From Eledone cirrhosa (taxonomy: Eukaryota): a stretch of 64,000 nucleotides of DNA. Both the position numbers and the translations under genes were made by a program. The DNA is taken from NCBI GenBank assembly GCA_964016885.1, contig OZ024740.1, positions 72,416,001 to 72,480,000 on the forward strand, in the 5' to 3' direction. Below are positions 50,319 through 64,000 of the stretch, in pieces. Each line of letters opens with the position of its first letter. Within the stretch, counting starts at the first letter, position 1. The notes under the pieces were generated by a model. It ran no database searches. It was not told the DNA's origin and was given only the letters and a program-made list of their open reading frames with translations.

Positions 50319-53300
50319 CGGCGAATAGTGCGCTCTGCGAAACAACATCCAACCGTCACTTTTTCATTGAGGACCTGCTGTCAGGTAGAGCTTTCCTGGT
50401 TGACACATGTGCAGTTTGTTCAGTATGGCCTGTGTGTTGTATGAAGGAGACTCCCCCTGAGACACCTATTGAGTTGCAGGCAGTAAATTGTTCGCCGATT
50501 CGAACTTTCGGACAAATCTCGTTACCTTTACAGTTTCGTAATCTGCGGCGCGAGTTTAAATGGATATTTACTGTCGCTGCCTTGCCGTATCCGATTCTAG
50601 GCGCGGATTTTCTCCACCATTTTACATTGATGGTGGACCGCCGTCGTAAACGCCTAATTGATGGCATCACTGGATTAACTGTTGTTGGCAAGGTAGCAGG
50701 AATTCCAACGGTTAGCCCGACCTTTTTTCTTGCTAACACCGGTGATCCTTATCATGCGTTGTTGAACTCGTTCCCGCAACTGACTCGGGGAAATTTTCGA
50801 GTTGATGAACCAACTCATACCACGGAGCACTTCATATCTACAACTGGTGCTCCCGTTTTTTCTCGTCCTCGCCGCTTGCCTCCGGACAAACTCAAAGCAG
50901 CACGATCAGAGTTTGATCATATGCTGCAAATGGGGATTATTCGTCCGTCCACGAGCCCGTGGGCGTCCCCATTACACATGGTACCGAAAGCGAATGGCGA
51001 TTGGAGACCTACTGGAGATTATCGACGCCTAAATTCGATAACGGTATCGGACCGTTATCCTATCCCTCATCTGCAAGACTTTGCGTCTTCGTTGCAGGGA
51101 TGCAAGATATTCTCCAAACTGGATTTAATTCGTGCGTACCATCAAATTTCTGTCCATAAAAATGACATTCCAAAAACGGCTATAGTTACGCCATTTGGGT
51201 CATTTGAGTTTTTGACTATGCCGTTTGGATTAAGGAATGCCGCTAGTACTTTTCAGCGGTTTATGGATGAGGTTACTCGCGGCCTCGATTTCGTCTATAC
51301 CTATATTGACGACCTGCTCATTGCTAGTTCTTCTCAAGAGCAACATACGCACCATTTGAATCTTCTTTTCCGCCGATTGAAGGCGTATAACGTGCAGCTT
51401 AATGCACCCAAATGTGTTTTTGGTGCTGAGTCAATGACTTTCTTGGGTCACGTCAACGATGCTGACGGTATTCGACCCCGGCCTGAGCGAGTTAAGGTCA
51501 TAGAGGATTTGCCTCCACCAACCTCACTACGTCAGTTACGCCAGTTCTTAGGTCTGATTAACTTTTATAGGCGTTTCGTGCCAAATTGTGCAAAATTGCT
51601 TTTCTCCCTGACAGAAATTTTGAAAAATTGTCGGAGGAAGAACAAAGATATTTCTTTGACAGACACCCAACTTGCTGATTTTCAGCACACCAAAACTGCT
51701 TTGGCTAATGCTTCGTTACTGACTCACCCGGTACCCGGTGCAAAGCTAACGCTTTGTGTTGATGCATCGGATATCGCTGTGGGCGCAGTACTACAGCAAA
51801 ACATCAATGGTTACCAGCAACCGCTGGAGTTTTTTTCCAGAAAGCTGAAACCTTTGGAAGAGAGCTTTTAGCCATCTATTTGGCCATGAAACATTTTTCA
51901 CATGTGCTAGAGGGTAGACAATTTACTATCCTCACTGACCATAAACCATTGACTTTTGCTTTGAGAGCGAAGGCTGATAAATACTCGCCCAGAGAGACGA
52001 GACACCTTGATTTCATCTCGCAATATACAAGTGATATCCAGCACATTCCGGGTTCACTAAATACAGCGGCCGATGCTTTGTCCCGCTTACCCGTGACAGC
52101 GATCTCGTCATCCTCTGACATAGATCTGACTCGTTTGGCTGCGGATCAGCCTCCCCTTGAGTCATTGGATGTTACATCGCCTGAGTTTGCGAATTGCGAG
52201 ATGAAATACTTGCCTCTGTCGACTGCAGTTGGCCAAATCCTCTGCGACGTCTCTTTGGACGTGCCTAGGCCCTTCGTTCCAGAGAATCATCGTCGGACCG
52301 TGTTTCTGGCATTACATAGTATCTCGCATCCAGGATCTTCTGCCACAGCAAAGTTCATATCAGCTAGATTTTTATGGCCAAATATGAGGCGTGAAATTGC
52401 TGCTTGGTGCCGTTCCTGCGTCGCTTGCCAGAGATCAAAGGTCCATCGACACGTCAAGGCTCCCCTGGGTACCTTTGCTAACCCAGATGCGCGTTTTTCA
52501 CATATTCATATTGACATAGTGGGACCTTGGCCTGTCAGCGATGGTTTTTCTTATCTGCTGACCGTCATTGACCGTTTTTCGAGATGGCCTGAGGCCATCC
52601 CCTTGAAAAACATCACCGCGGAGACAACAGCACGTGCTCTTGTGTCTGGATGGATCTTTCGTTATGGAGTTCCATCCACAATAACTACCAACCGTGGACG
52701 ACAGTTCGAGTCGAGCCTTTTCCTCGAGCTGTCAAAATTAATTGGTGCTAAACGCATTAGAACTACGGCGTACCATCCCGCTTCGAATGGTATGGTGGAG
52801 CGTTTTCACCGACAACTGAAGGCCTCCTTAATGGCCTCAATGGACTCGGCGCATTGGAGCGAGTACCTCCCTATTGTGCTACTAGGGATTTGGTCAACGG
52901 TGAAGGTCGACTTTGGATTTTCACCGACCAAAGTACTGTATGGTGCCCCTCTGACGTTGCCCAGGCAAATGCTTGCCCCTATCGATCTTGATGCCCAATA
53001 TCACGCTTCCTACGTGTCCCGTTTGCGCTCCTATTTCCAGGATTTGCCGCCAATGGACACTAGGAAACAAACTGTCCAGACTGCTGTCCCGAGGGATATT
53101 GCCTCGTGGACGCATGTCTTTGTAAGGAAAGATTGTGTGAAGCCCCCGCTCACACAGCCTTACACTGGACCTTACCGTGTCTTAGCGCGCTCGGCTAAGC
53201 ATTTCACGTTAGATATTAAGGGGTCCAGGGAGACAGTTACAATAGACAGGCTTAAGCAGGCGCACCTTGACACGGACGCTGTGGTTCCTGATCCACGAAC

Positions 53301-53454
53301 CCCTTCGTATTTGCCTGTTGAGCGAACGCCTGTTCCTGAACCACCATCATCGCCTGTCCCTACACCACCACCATCGCCACGTTACAAGACCACGACCCGT
53401 TCAGGTCGTAGGGTCCACTGGCCCAAAAAATTTTGCAGCACCGTCTATATTTAG
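50295..53454 (+). pseudogene. Gypsy pol (PR-RT-RNase H-integrase), disrupted
   Basis: FLVDTCA (protease, G to C), [26 protein letters not shown] finger, HIDIVGP, TTNRG (catalytic D to N), [12 protein letters not shown]. Frameshifts near 50430 and 51865. Confidence 0.93.
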
Positions 53455-53679
53455 ACTATGTTAGCTGCACCTTTTTTTTGCCTCTGTGTTTCTGCTTTTT
53501 CTTTGCCTTGTTTTTTTATGCATGCATGTTGTTTTTTTTTTAACATTTTTCAAATCCTTATTCTGGATTCAATTTTTGGTAGAGTGAATAGCTCCCCCTT
53601 GTTGCATTGTTCGCCATCTTACTCCACATGTGAGTAATGACATCGATTTTCGATGATTTGAAAATCTGGCAGGGGATAC

Positions 53680-53912
53680 TGTAGTAAGACGCCTCACGCC
53701 TCTTGATAGAACAACGCTGGTTGAGAACGCGAGAAAAAAAACCAGACAGCCACTAGAAAGCAGACTGATCACACGCCAGAAACCGGCCTCTGTACCACAC
53801 CATTGTTTGTGCTACATCAAAAATAAACATATATTTCATCTCTAATTTCTGCTGTTGAAATCATTATTATGTCACTCATGTCTCAATAACATCTATAAAC
53901 CATACTGCTAAA
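53680..53912 (+). repeat. 3' LTR, preceded by PPT GGCAGGGGATAC
   Basis: Direct repeat of 48433-48663. Confidence 0.95.
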
Positions 53913-55051
53913 AGGTCAACAACTTGGGTCCATCACCAAGGTAACAACTTCATTATCCCTTACTCCCAGGCTGTTCTGAGAGAAGTACAGTTCTATCTTT
54001 CATACCTTACAAGTAACACCACCCAACTATCTAGAATTCCTAGATGGTATTTGCTCTGGCAATCCCAACTGAGGTCAACTTTACCTAACCTTTTATTTGG
54101 ATTCAATAAAATAAAATATCAGTCTAGGGCAGTGGGTTGACAGAATTGTTACAGTATTGGACAAGACACCTTGTGGTATTTGTTCTGGCTGTTTGTCTCC
54201 AGAGTTCAAATCCCGCAGTTGTCTACTTAGAAGGAAGACTTAATCTATTATCTGTTTTAAGTCTTTATCATATTTCTAATGGAAGATACTGCCTATGATT
54301 TTCAAATGGATGAACTGAGAGAGAAACTGGGTTTATGTGGAATCAGATGTAGCATGCGGGAGAGAAAACTGAGCTGGTGTGAACATGTGATGTGCATGGA
54401 TGATAATCACTGGTTGAAGAAGTACCAAGAAATACCAGTGGGAGGAAGATCAAGGAAGACCTGGGTGGAAACTGTGTGAGCTGAGGAGGAGGAGAGAGTT
54501 AACAATTTGAAGGAATTTATCGAAATAACTAACCAAACTAACCCCATTGTGGATTGGCAGTATCAGTGGAGGGTCGGGCACCATGCCTTGAAGCATAGAG
54601 TTACATCCCTTTACAGTCTGAGTTCAAATCCCACCGAGGTTAACTTTGCATTTCATCCTTACGGGTTCGATGAAATAAAGTACCAGTAATGCCCTGGGAT
54701 GATTGTTGGTCTTGTGCCAAAAGTAGAAGCAATTATTAAACTAGAGTTTAGTTGATAGTTGAACAAAGATATTCTTCTATAACATTATTTTAAAATTTAA
54801 ATATGAATAATTTAAAACAAGAGTTTTACCATCATAGAATTGGGCAGTTTTGGGTGAGTTGGTATCAAGAGGGAGCTGGTGTTCAGAACATATTTAACAA
54901 AAGTTCTACATGAAATTATGATGGACGACTTTTAGATAAATATAAACACTTTAGGATAAACAACTAAGTATTGTAGAACAGGGACAGTTTTGGAGAGGTT
55001 GGTATCAACAGGGTTAACACCACTACCAGACCTTTGGGTATCTTTAGTAAG

Positions 55052-55251
55052 NNNNNNNNNNNNNNNNNNNNNNNNNNNNNNNNNNNNNNNNNNNNNNNNN
55101 NNNNNNNNNNNNNNNNNNNNNNNNNNNNNNNNNNNNNNNNNNNNNNNNNNNNNNNNNNNNNNNNNNNNNNNNNNNNNNNNNNNNNNNNNNNNNNNNNNNN
55201 NNNNNNNNNNNNNNNNNNNNNNNNNNNNNNNNNNNNNNNNNNNNNNNNNNN
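55052..55251. other. Assembly gap (200 N)
   Basis: Run of N. Confidence 1.
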
Positions 55252-55274
55252 TATATGTATGTATATGTATGTAT

Positions 55275-55606
55275 GTCAACTCTGGATGTCGGTGAGCATG
55301 TCCAGCCAACCTCAGTCTCCTCTGTGTCACTTTTGAGCTGACTTTTGGGATGCTCCCATGCAGCTCTGAGTTTTTCATCCTCAGTGTATACTGATTAATG
55401 TTCAGAGCCATCCTCAGCATTCTCGTATATACATGGACACACTAGAAGAGGAAGACCAAGGTTAACATATGTTGATGCTCTAAGGACAGACACTGGTCTG
55501 TTGGGGATGCAGGATATGGCGGCGATAACGAGGGACAGAGACCGCTGGAGAGAACTCGTCCATGGATCTCGGGAATTTTACCCGCCTTAGACATGGACAT
55601 AGACAT
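55275..55606 (+). mobile_element. Short RTE-like LINE insertion with 5' inversion
   Basis: Minus 55275-55428 reads RMLRMALN...RRLRLAGHAHRHPEL; plus 55432-55590 reads [15 protein letters not shown]...DRDRWR...*, followed by an (ACATRG)n tail. Confidence 0.8.
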
Positions 55607-56128
55607 GTATATGTATATATATATATATATGTATGTATATGTATATATATATATATATGTATGTATATGTATATATATGTATATGTATATATATATATAT
55701 GTATGTATATGTATATATATATATATGTATGTATATGTATATATATTATATATATGTATGTATATGTATATATATATATATATGTATGTATATGTATATA
55801 TATATATATGTATGTATATGTATATATATGTATGTATGTATATGTATATATATATGTATGTATATGTATATATATATGTATGTATATGTATATATATAGT
55901 ATGTATTATATGTATATATATATGTATGTATATGTATATATATATGTATGTATATGTATATATATATGTATGTATATGTATATATATGTATGTATGTATA
56001 TATATATGTATGTATGTATATATATATATATGTATGTATGTATATATATATATATGTATGTATGTATGTATATATATATATGTGTGTATGTATGTATGTA
56101 TATATATATATATATGTATGTATGTATG

Positions 56129-56159
<31 letters not shown>

Positions 56160-56719
56160 GTATATATATATATGTGTATGTATGTATGTATATATATATA
56201 TGTGTATGTATGTATGTATATATATATATGTGTATGTATGTATATATATATATGTATATGTATGTATGTATATATATATATGTATATGTATGTATGTATA
56301 TATATATATGTATATGTATGTATGTATATATATATATGTATATGTATGTATATATATATATGTATATGTATGTATATATATATATGTGTATGTATATATA
56401 TATATGTATATGTATGTATGTATATATATATGTATATGTATGTATGTATATATATATATGTATATGTATGTATGTATGTATATATATATATGTATGTATA
56501 TGTATGTATGTATGTATGTATATATATGTATGTATATGTATGTATGTATGTATATATATGTATGTATATGTATGTATGTATGTATATATATATATGTATA
56601 TATATATATGTATATATATATGTATGTATATATATATATATATGTATGTATATATATATGTATGTATATATATATATATGTATGTATATATATATATGTA
56701 TCTATATATATATATATGT

Positions 56720-56753
<34 letters not shown>

Positions 56754-57354
56754 GTATATATATGTATATATATATATATGTATGTATATATATATATGTA
56801 TGTATGTATATATATGTATGTATGTATATATATGTATGTATGTATGTATGTATATATATATGTATGTATATATATATGTATGTATATATGTATATATATG
56901 TATGTATATATGTATATATATATATGTATATATATATATATGTATGTATGTATATATATATATATGTATGTATGTATATATATATATATGTATGTATGTA
57001 TATATATATGTATGTATGTATATATGTATATATATATATGTTAATATATATATATGTATGTATGTATATATATATATATGTATGTATGTATATATATATG
57101 TATGTATGTATATATATATGTATGTATGTATATATATATGTATGTATGTATATATATATATATGTATATATATGTATGTATATATGTATGTATGTATGTA
57201 TATATATATATATGTATGTATATATGTATGTATGTATGTATATATATATATATATATGTATGTATATATATATATCTATGTATGTATATATATATATATA
57301 TATGTATGTATATATATATATATATATGTATGTATATATATATATCTATGTATG

Positions 57355-57387
<33 letters not shown>

Positions 57388-57469
57388 ATATATATATCTA
57401 TGTATGTATATATATATATCTATGTATGTATATATATATATCTATGTATGTATATTATATCTATGTATG

Positions 57470-57502
<33 letters not shown>

Positions 57503-57732
57503 ATATATATGTATGTATATATATATGTATGTATATATATATGTATGTATATATATATGTATGTATATATATATGTATGTATGTATATATGTATGTATGT
57601 ATATATATATGTATGTATATATATATGTATGTATATATGTATGTATGTGTATGTATATATATATATGTATGTATATGTATATGTATATATGTATATGTAT
57701 GTATATGTATATATATATATGTATGTATATGT

Positions 57733-57768
<36 letters not shown>

Positions 57769-57864
57769 GTATATATATATGTATGTGTATGTATATATAT
57801 ATATGTATGTATATGTATATATGTATATGTATGTATATGTATATATATATATGTATGTATATGT

Positions 57865-57900
<36 letters not shown>

Positions 57901-57924
57901 GTATATATATATGTATGTATATGT

Positions 57925-57960
<36 letters not shown>

Positions 57961-58179
57961 GTATATATATATGTATGTATATGTATATATATATGTATGT
58001 ATATGTATATATATATATGTATGTATATGTATATATATATATGTATGTATATGTATATATATATATGTATGTATATATATATATGTATGTATATGTATAT
58101 ATGTATGTATATGTATATATATATATGTACGTATATATATATATGTATGTATATGTATATATATATATGTATGTATATG

Positions 58180-58210
<31 letters not shown>

Positions 58211-58844
58211 GTATGTATATGTATATATATATATATGTATATATATATATGTATGTATATGTATATATATATGTATGTATATGTATATATATATATATAT
58301 GTATGTATATGTATATATATATGTATGTATATGTATATATATATATATATGTATGTATATGTATATATATCTGTATGTATATGTATATATATATATATGT
58401 ATGTATATGTATATATATATATATGTATGTATATGTATATATATATATATGTATGTATATGTATATATATATATATATGTATGTATATGTATATATATAT
58501 ATATATGTATGTATATATATATATATGTATGTATATGTATATATATATGTATATGTATATATATATATATGTATGTATATGTATATATTATATATATGTA
58601 TATGTATATATATATATATGTATGTATATGTATATATATATATATGTATGTATATGTATATATATATATGTATGTATATGTATATATATATATATGTATG
58701 TATATGTATATATATATATGTATATGTATATATATATATGTATATATATATGTATATATATATATGTATATATATATGTATATATATATGTATATATATA
58801 TATATGTATATATATATATGTATATATATATGTATATATATATG

Positions 58845-58875
<31 letters not shown>

Positions 58876-59540
58876 GTATATATATATATGTATATATATA
58901 TGTATATATATATGTATATTATATATATGTATATATATATATGTATATATATATATGTATATATGTATATATATATGTATATATATATGTATATATATAT
59001 GTATATATATATATGTATATATATATATGTATATATGTATATATATATGTATGTATATATGTATGTATGTATGTATATATATGTATATATATATGTATAT
59101 ATATGTATATGTATGTGTATATATAATATGTATGTGTATATATATATATATGTATATGTGTATATGTATATGTGTATATGTATGTATATGTATGTGTATA
59201 TATATATATGTATATGTATGTGTGTATATGTATGTGTGTATATGTATATGTATGTGTATATGTATATGTATGTGTATATATGTATGTGTATGTATATATA
59301 TGTATGTGTATGTATATATATGTATGTGTATGTATATATATGTATATATATGTGTATATATATGTGTATATATATATGTGTATATATATATGTGTATATA
59401 TATGTGTATATATATGTGTATGTATATATATATGTATATATATGTATGTATGTATGTATATATATGTATGTATGTATATATATATGTGTATATATATATG
59501 TATGTATGTATATATATATGTGTATATATATATGTGTATG

Positions 59541-59571
<31 letters not shown>

Positions 59572-59925
59572 GTATATATGTATGTGTATATATATATATA
59601 TGTGTATATATATATATGTGTATGTATATATATATGTGTATGTATATATGTGTATGTATATATGTGTATGTATATATATATGTGTATGTATATATATATG
59701 TGTATGTATATATATATGTATATGTATGTATATATTGTCCCACCCTTGCAAGCAGGGAAAAGCGGACGTAAAATGATGATGATATATATATACGTATGTA
59801 TTTGTATGTATGTATATATATATATGTATGTATATGTATTTGTATGTATGTATGTAGTATGTATATATGTATGTATGTATATATGTATGTATGTATATAT
59901 GTATGTATGTATATATGTATGTATG

Positions 59926-60017
<92 letters not shown>

Positions 60018-60180
60018 TGTATGTATATATATATGTATGTGTATATATATGTATGTATATATATATATATGTATGTATATATATATATATGTATATATAT
60101 ATGTATGTATATATATATGTATGTGTATATATATGTATGTGTATATATATGTATGTGTATATATATGTATGTATATATGT

Positions 60181-60221
<41 letters not shown>

Positions 60222-60259
60222 TGTATGTATATATATATGTATGTGTATATATATGTATG

Positions 60260-60292
<33 letters not shown>

Positions 60293-60343
60293 GTATATAT
60301 ATATATATATATGTATGTATATATATATATGTATATATATATG

Positions 60344-60374
<31 letters not shown>

Positions 60375-60395
60375 GTATGTATATATATATATATG

Positions 60396-60477
<82 letters not shown>

Positions 60478-60785
60478 TGTATGTATGTGTATGTATGTAT
60501 GTGTATATATGTATATGTATGTGTATATATGTATATGTATGTGTGTATATATGTATGTATGTATGTATATATGTGTATGTATATATATATGTATATGTAT
60601 GTATATATTGTCCCACCCTTGCAAGCAGGGAAAAGCGGACGTAAAATGATGATGATATATATATACGTATGTATTTGTATGTATGTATATATATATATAT
60701 GTATGTATATGTATTTGTATGTATGTATGTATGTATGTATGTATATATGTATGTATGTATATATGTATGTATGTATGTATATATG

Positions 60786-60845
<60 letters not shown>

Positions 60846-60910
60846 TGTATGTATATATATATGTATGTATATATATATGTATGTGTATATATATATGTAT
60901 GTGTATATGT

Positions 60911-60942
<32 letters not shown>

Positions 60943-61215
60943 GTATGTATATATATGTATATATATATGTGTATATATATGTGTATGTATATATATATAT
61001 GTGTATATATATGTGTATGTATATATATATGTGTATATATATATGTGTATGTATATATATGTATGTATGTATATGTATGTATGTATATGTATGTATATAT
61101 ATATGTGTATATATATATGTGTATGTATATGTGTATGTATATATATATGTGTATATATATATGTGTATGTATATATATGTATGTATGTATATATATGTAT
61201 GTATGTATATATATG

Positions 61216-61246
<31 letters not shown>

Positions 61247-61253
61247 GTGTATG

Positions 61254-61290
<37 letters not shown>

Positions 61291-61514
61291 GTGTATGTAT
61301 GTATATGTATGTATGTGTGTATGTATGTATATATATGTATGTGTATGTATGTATGTATGTGTATGTATGTATGTATGTGTATGTATGTATGTATGTGTAT
61401 GTATGTATGTATGTGTATGTATGTATGTATATGTATGTATGTATGTGTATATGTATGTGTATACATGTATATGTATGTGTATATATGTATATGTATGTAT
61501 GTATATATGTATGT
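55607..61514. repeat. Giant compound (TA)n/(TATG)n microsatellite
   Basis: About 5.9 kb of alternating purine-pyrimidine sequence; embedded SINE-tail fragments at 59736 and 60609. Confidence 0.98.
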
Positions 61515-61857
61515 CATCATTTCATCATAATTTTCATTTTACGTCCGTTTTTCCCTGCTTGCAAGGGTGGGACGGGAACTGATTCTGGCTTGATTTCTAC
61601 AGCTGGATGCCCTTCCTAACACCAACCTCATTTACAGTGAGTGCTGGGTGCTTTTTTGCCGTGGCACCTCCACGACCACTTTGCAGTGGAATGATATGGA
61701 CCCCAGTCCCTATCATCTCATTTCTACAGCTGAGTAAACTGGAGCAATGTGAAATAAAGTGTCTTGCTCAAAGAAACAACATCACCCGGTCTGAGAGTTG
61801 AACTCACAACCTTTCAATTGCAAGGCCAATGCTCTAACCACTAAGCCATGTGCCTCC
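61515..61857 (-). mobile_element. CORE-type tRNA SINE (same subfamily as 33321-33672)
   Basis: Near-identical reverse complement of the 33321 copy. Confidence 0.9.
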
Positions 61858-61859
61858 AT

Positions 61860-61885
61860 GTATACACTTTAAATATACATATATG

Positions 61886-61930
<45 letters not shown>

Positions 61931-62129
61931 GTATATATATGTATATGTATATATATATGTATATATATATATATGTATATATATATATGTATATGTATAT
62001 ATATGTATATGTATATATATGTATATATATATATGTGTATATATATATATGTGTATATATATATATGTATATATATATATATGTATATGTATATATATGT
62101 ATATATATATATGTGTATATATATATATG

Positions 62130-62176
<47 letters not shown>

Positions 62177-62456
62177 GTATATATGTATATATATATATGT
62201 ATATATATGTATATGTATATATATATATGTATATATATATATATGTATATGTATATATGTATATGTATATATATATATATGTATATGTATATATGTATAT
62301 GTGTATATATGTATATGTGTATATATATATGTATATGTATATATGTGTATATATATATGTATATATATATATGTATATATATATATGTATATATATATAT
62401 GATATATATATATGTATATATATATATGTATATATATATATGTATATATATATATG

Positions 62457-62503
<47 letters not shown>

Positions 62504-63243
62504 GTATATATATATATGTATATATATATATATGTATATATATATATGTATATATATATATGTATATATATATATATGTATATATATATATGTATATATA
62601 TATATGTATATATATATATGTATATATATATATGTATATATATATATGTATATATATATATGTATATATATATATGTATATATATATATGTATATATATA
62701 TATGTATATGTATATATATGTATATGTATATATATGTATATGTATATATATGTATATGTATATATGTGTATATATATATATGTGTATATATATATGTATA
62801 TATATATGTGTATATATATATATGTATATATATATGTGTATATATATATATGTATATATATATATGTATATATATATATGTATATATATATATGTGTATA
62901 TATATATGTATATATATATATGTGTATATATATATGTGTATATATATATGTGTATATATATATGTATATATATATATGTATATATATATATGTATATATA
63001 TATGTGTATATATATATGTGTATATATATATGTGTATATATATATGTGTATATATATATGTGTATATATATATGTGTATATATATATGTGTATATATATA
63101 TGTGTATATATATATGTGTATATATGTGTCTATATATATGTGTCTATATATATGTGTATATATATGTGTATGTATATATGTATGTATATATGTGTATGTA
63201 TATCTATATATATGTGTATATGTATATATGTATGTGTATATGT

Positions 63244-63274
<31 letters not shown>

Positions 63275-63517
63275 TATGTATGTATATGTATATGTATATG
63301 TATGTATATGTATATATATATATATGTATATGTATATATATATATATGTATATATATGTATGTATATATATGTATATGTATGTATGTATATGTATATATA
63401 TGTATATATATGTATGTATGTATATATATATATATATGTGTATGTATATATGTGTATGTATATATATATATGTGTATGTATATATATATGTATATATGTA
63501 TATATATATATGTATAT
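61860..63517. repeat. Compound (TA)n/(TG) microsatellite
   Basis: Direct reading. Confidence 0.98.
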
Positions 63518-64000
63518 ATCATCATCAACGTTTAACGTCCGTGTTCCACGCTTGCATGGGTTTGGACGTAGTTCCACTTGAGGCAAGAGTGATTGTCCTA
63601 CTCGCATAGGACTGTCTGGCAGGTTTTCTACAGTTGGATGCCCTTCCTTACACCAGCCACATTTACAGTGTGGGTCTGGGAGGTTTTTACCGTGTTGCCT
63701 ACACGGCCACATTACAGCATGGACTGTGTGTTTTTTTGTCGTGACACCTACACGATCTCATTTGTTTCGGCCTGGATGGCGCGGCACCAACATAACTTTA
63801 CATAGAACGGGGTGGTGTGGATGGGGTGGTGGTGGTGGGACGGGGTGTATTTTGTTAGAGATGCCTACTGGCTGGAGTAGGTTTTACTATATATTTAGGT
63901 AAGGCGGGTCTTCTCTGTTACTGAGTACCGCCAAAGGTCTCGGTCCAGTGACATTGTCTTGGAGAGGTGTAAGTGTGTGATGTCGGAGTTTCTCCGCTCG
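63518..64000 (-). mobile_element. RTE LINE copy 3, 3' end (runs off the window)
   Basis: Reverse complement of the ORF end (SDITHLHLSKTMSLDRDLWRYSVTEKTRLT*), 3' UTR and (GAT)n tail of copies 1 and 2. Confidence 0.93.

Larger units (their letters stand above)
48433..53912 (+). mobile_element. Full-length Ty3/Gypsy LTR retrotransposon (decayed), 4-bp TSD AGGT
   Basis: LTRs 48433-48663 and 53680-53912; TSD AGGT at 48429-32 and 53913-16; PBS and PPT present; domain order gag-PR-RT-RH-IN. Confidence 0.97.

Noticed and set aside
54932-55420. ORFs spanning X residues
   Set aside because: They cross the N gap; only the LINE-derived part is real.
55562-63712. Very long Y/I/M/C/V and Y/I/H/T ORFs up to 1860 aa
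   Set aside because: Translations of TA/TG microsatellite.

Overview
AT-rich, repeat-dense animal DNA. The SINE/LINE repertoire looks like an octopod cephalopod (inference, not searched). One host gene is supported: mitoguardin (Miga/FAM73) on the minus strand, with 9 coding exons from 15501 down to 1176. All junctions are GT-AG and phase-consistent, giving 412 codons; the 3' end lies beyond position 1 and the non-coding first exon is not located. The rest is transposons and repeats: a full-length but decayed Ty3/Gypsy element (48433-53912) with non-canonical TG...AA LTR ends, three copies of a PHD-finger RTE LINE, CR1 and older RTE remnants, two Helitrons (one with an RTE nested inside), an internally deleted mariner plus MITEs, two tRNA-SINE families, minisatellites, a 200-N gap and about 7.5 kb of compound TA/TG microsatellite. 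The most unusual signals are: a perfect 383-bp inverted repeat and several other fold-backs near (TA)n, with minimal hammerhead-like motifs elsewhere in the window (Penelope-like); diverged local copies of four Miga exon junctions; a possible spliced leader in the Gypsy element; and a twin-priming LINE inversion. I cannot demonstrate a new biological system from the sequence alone.
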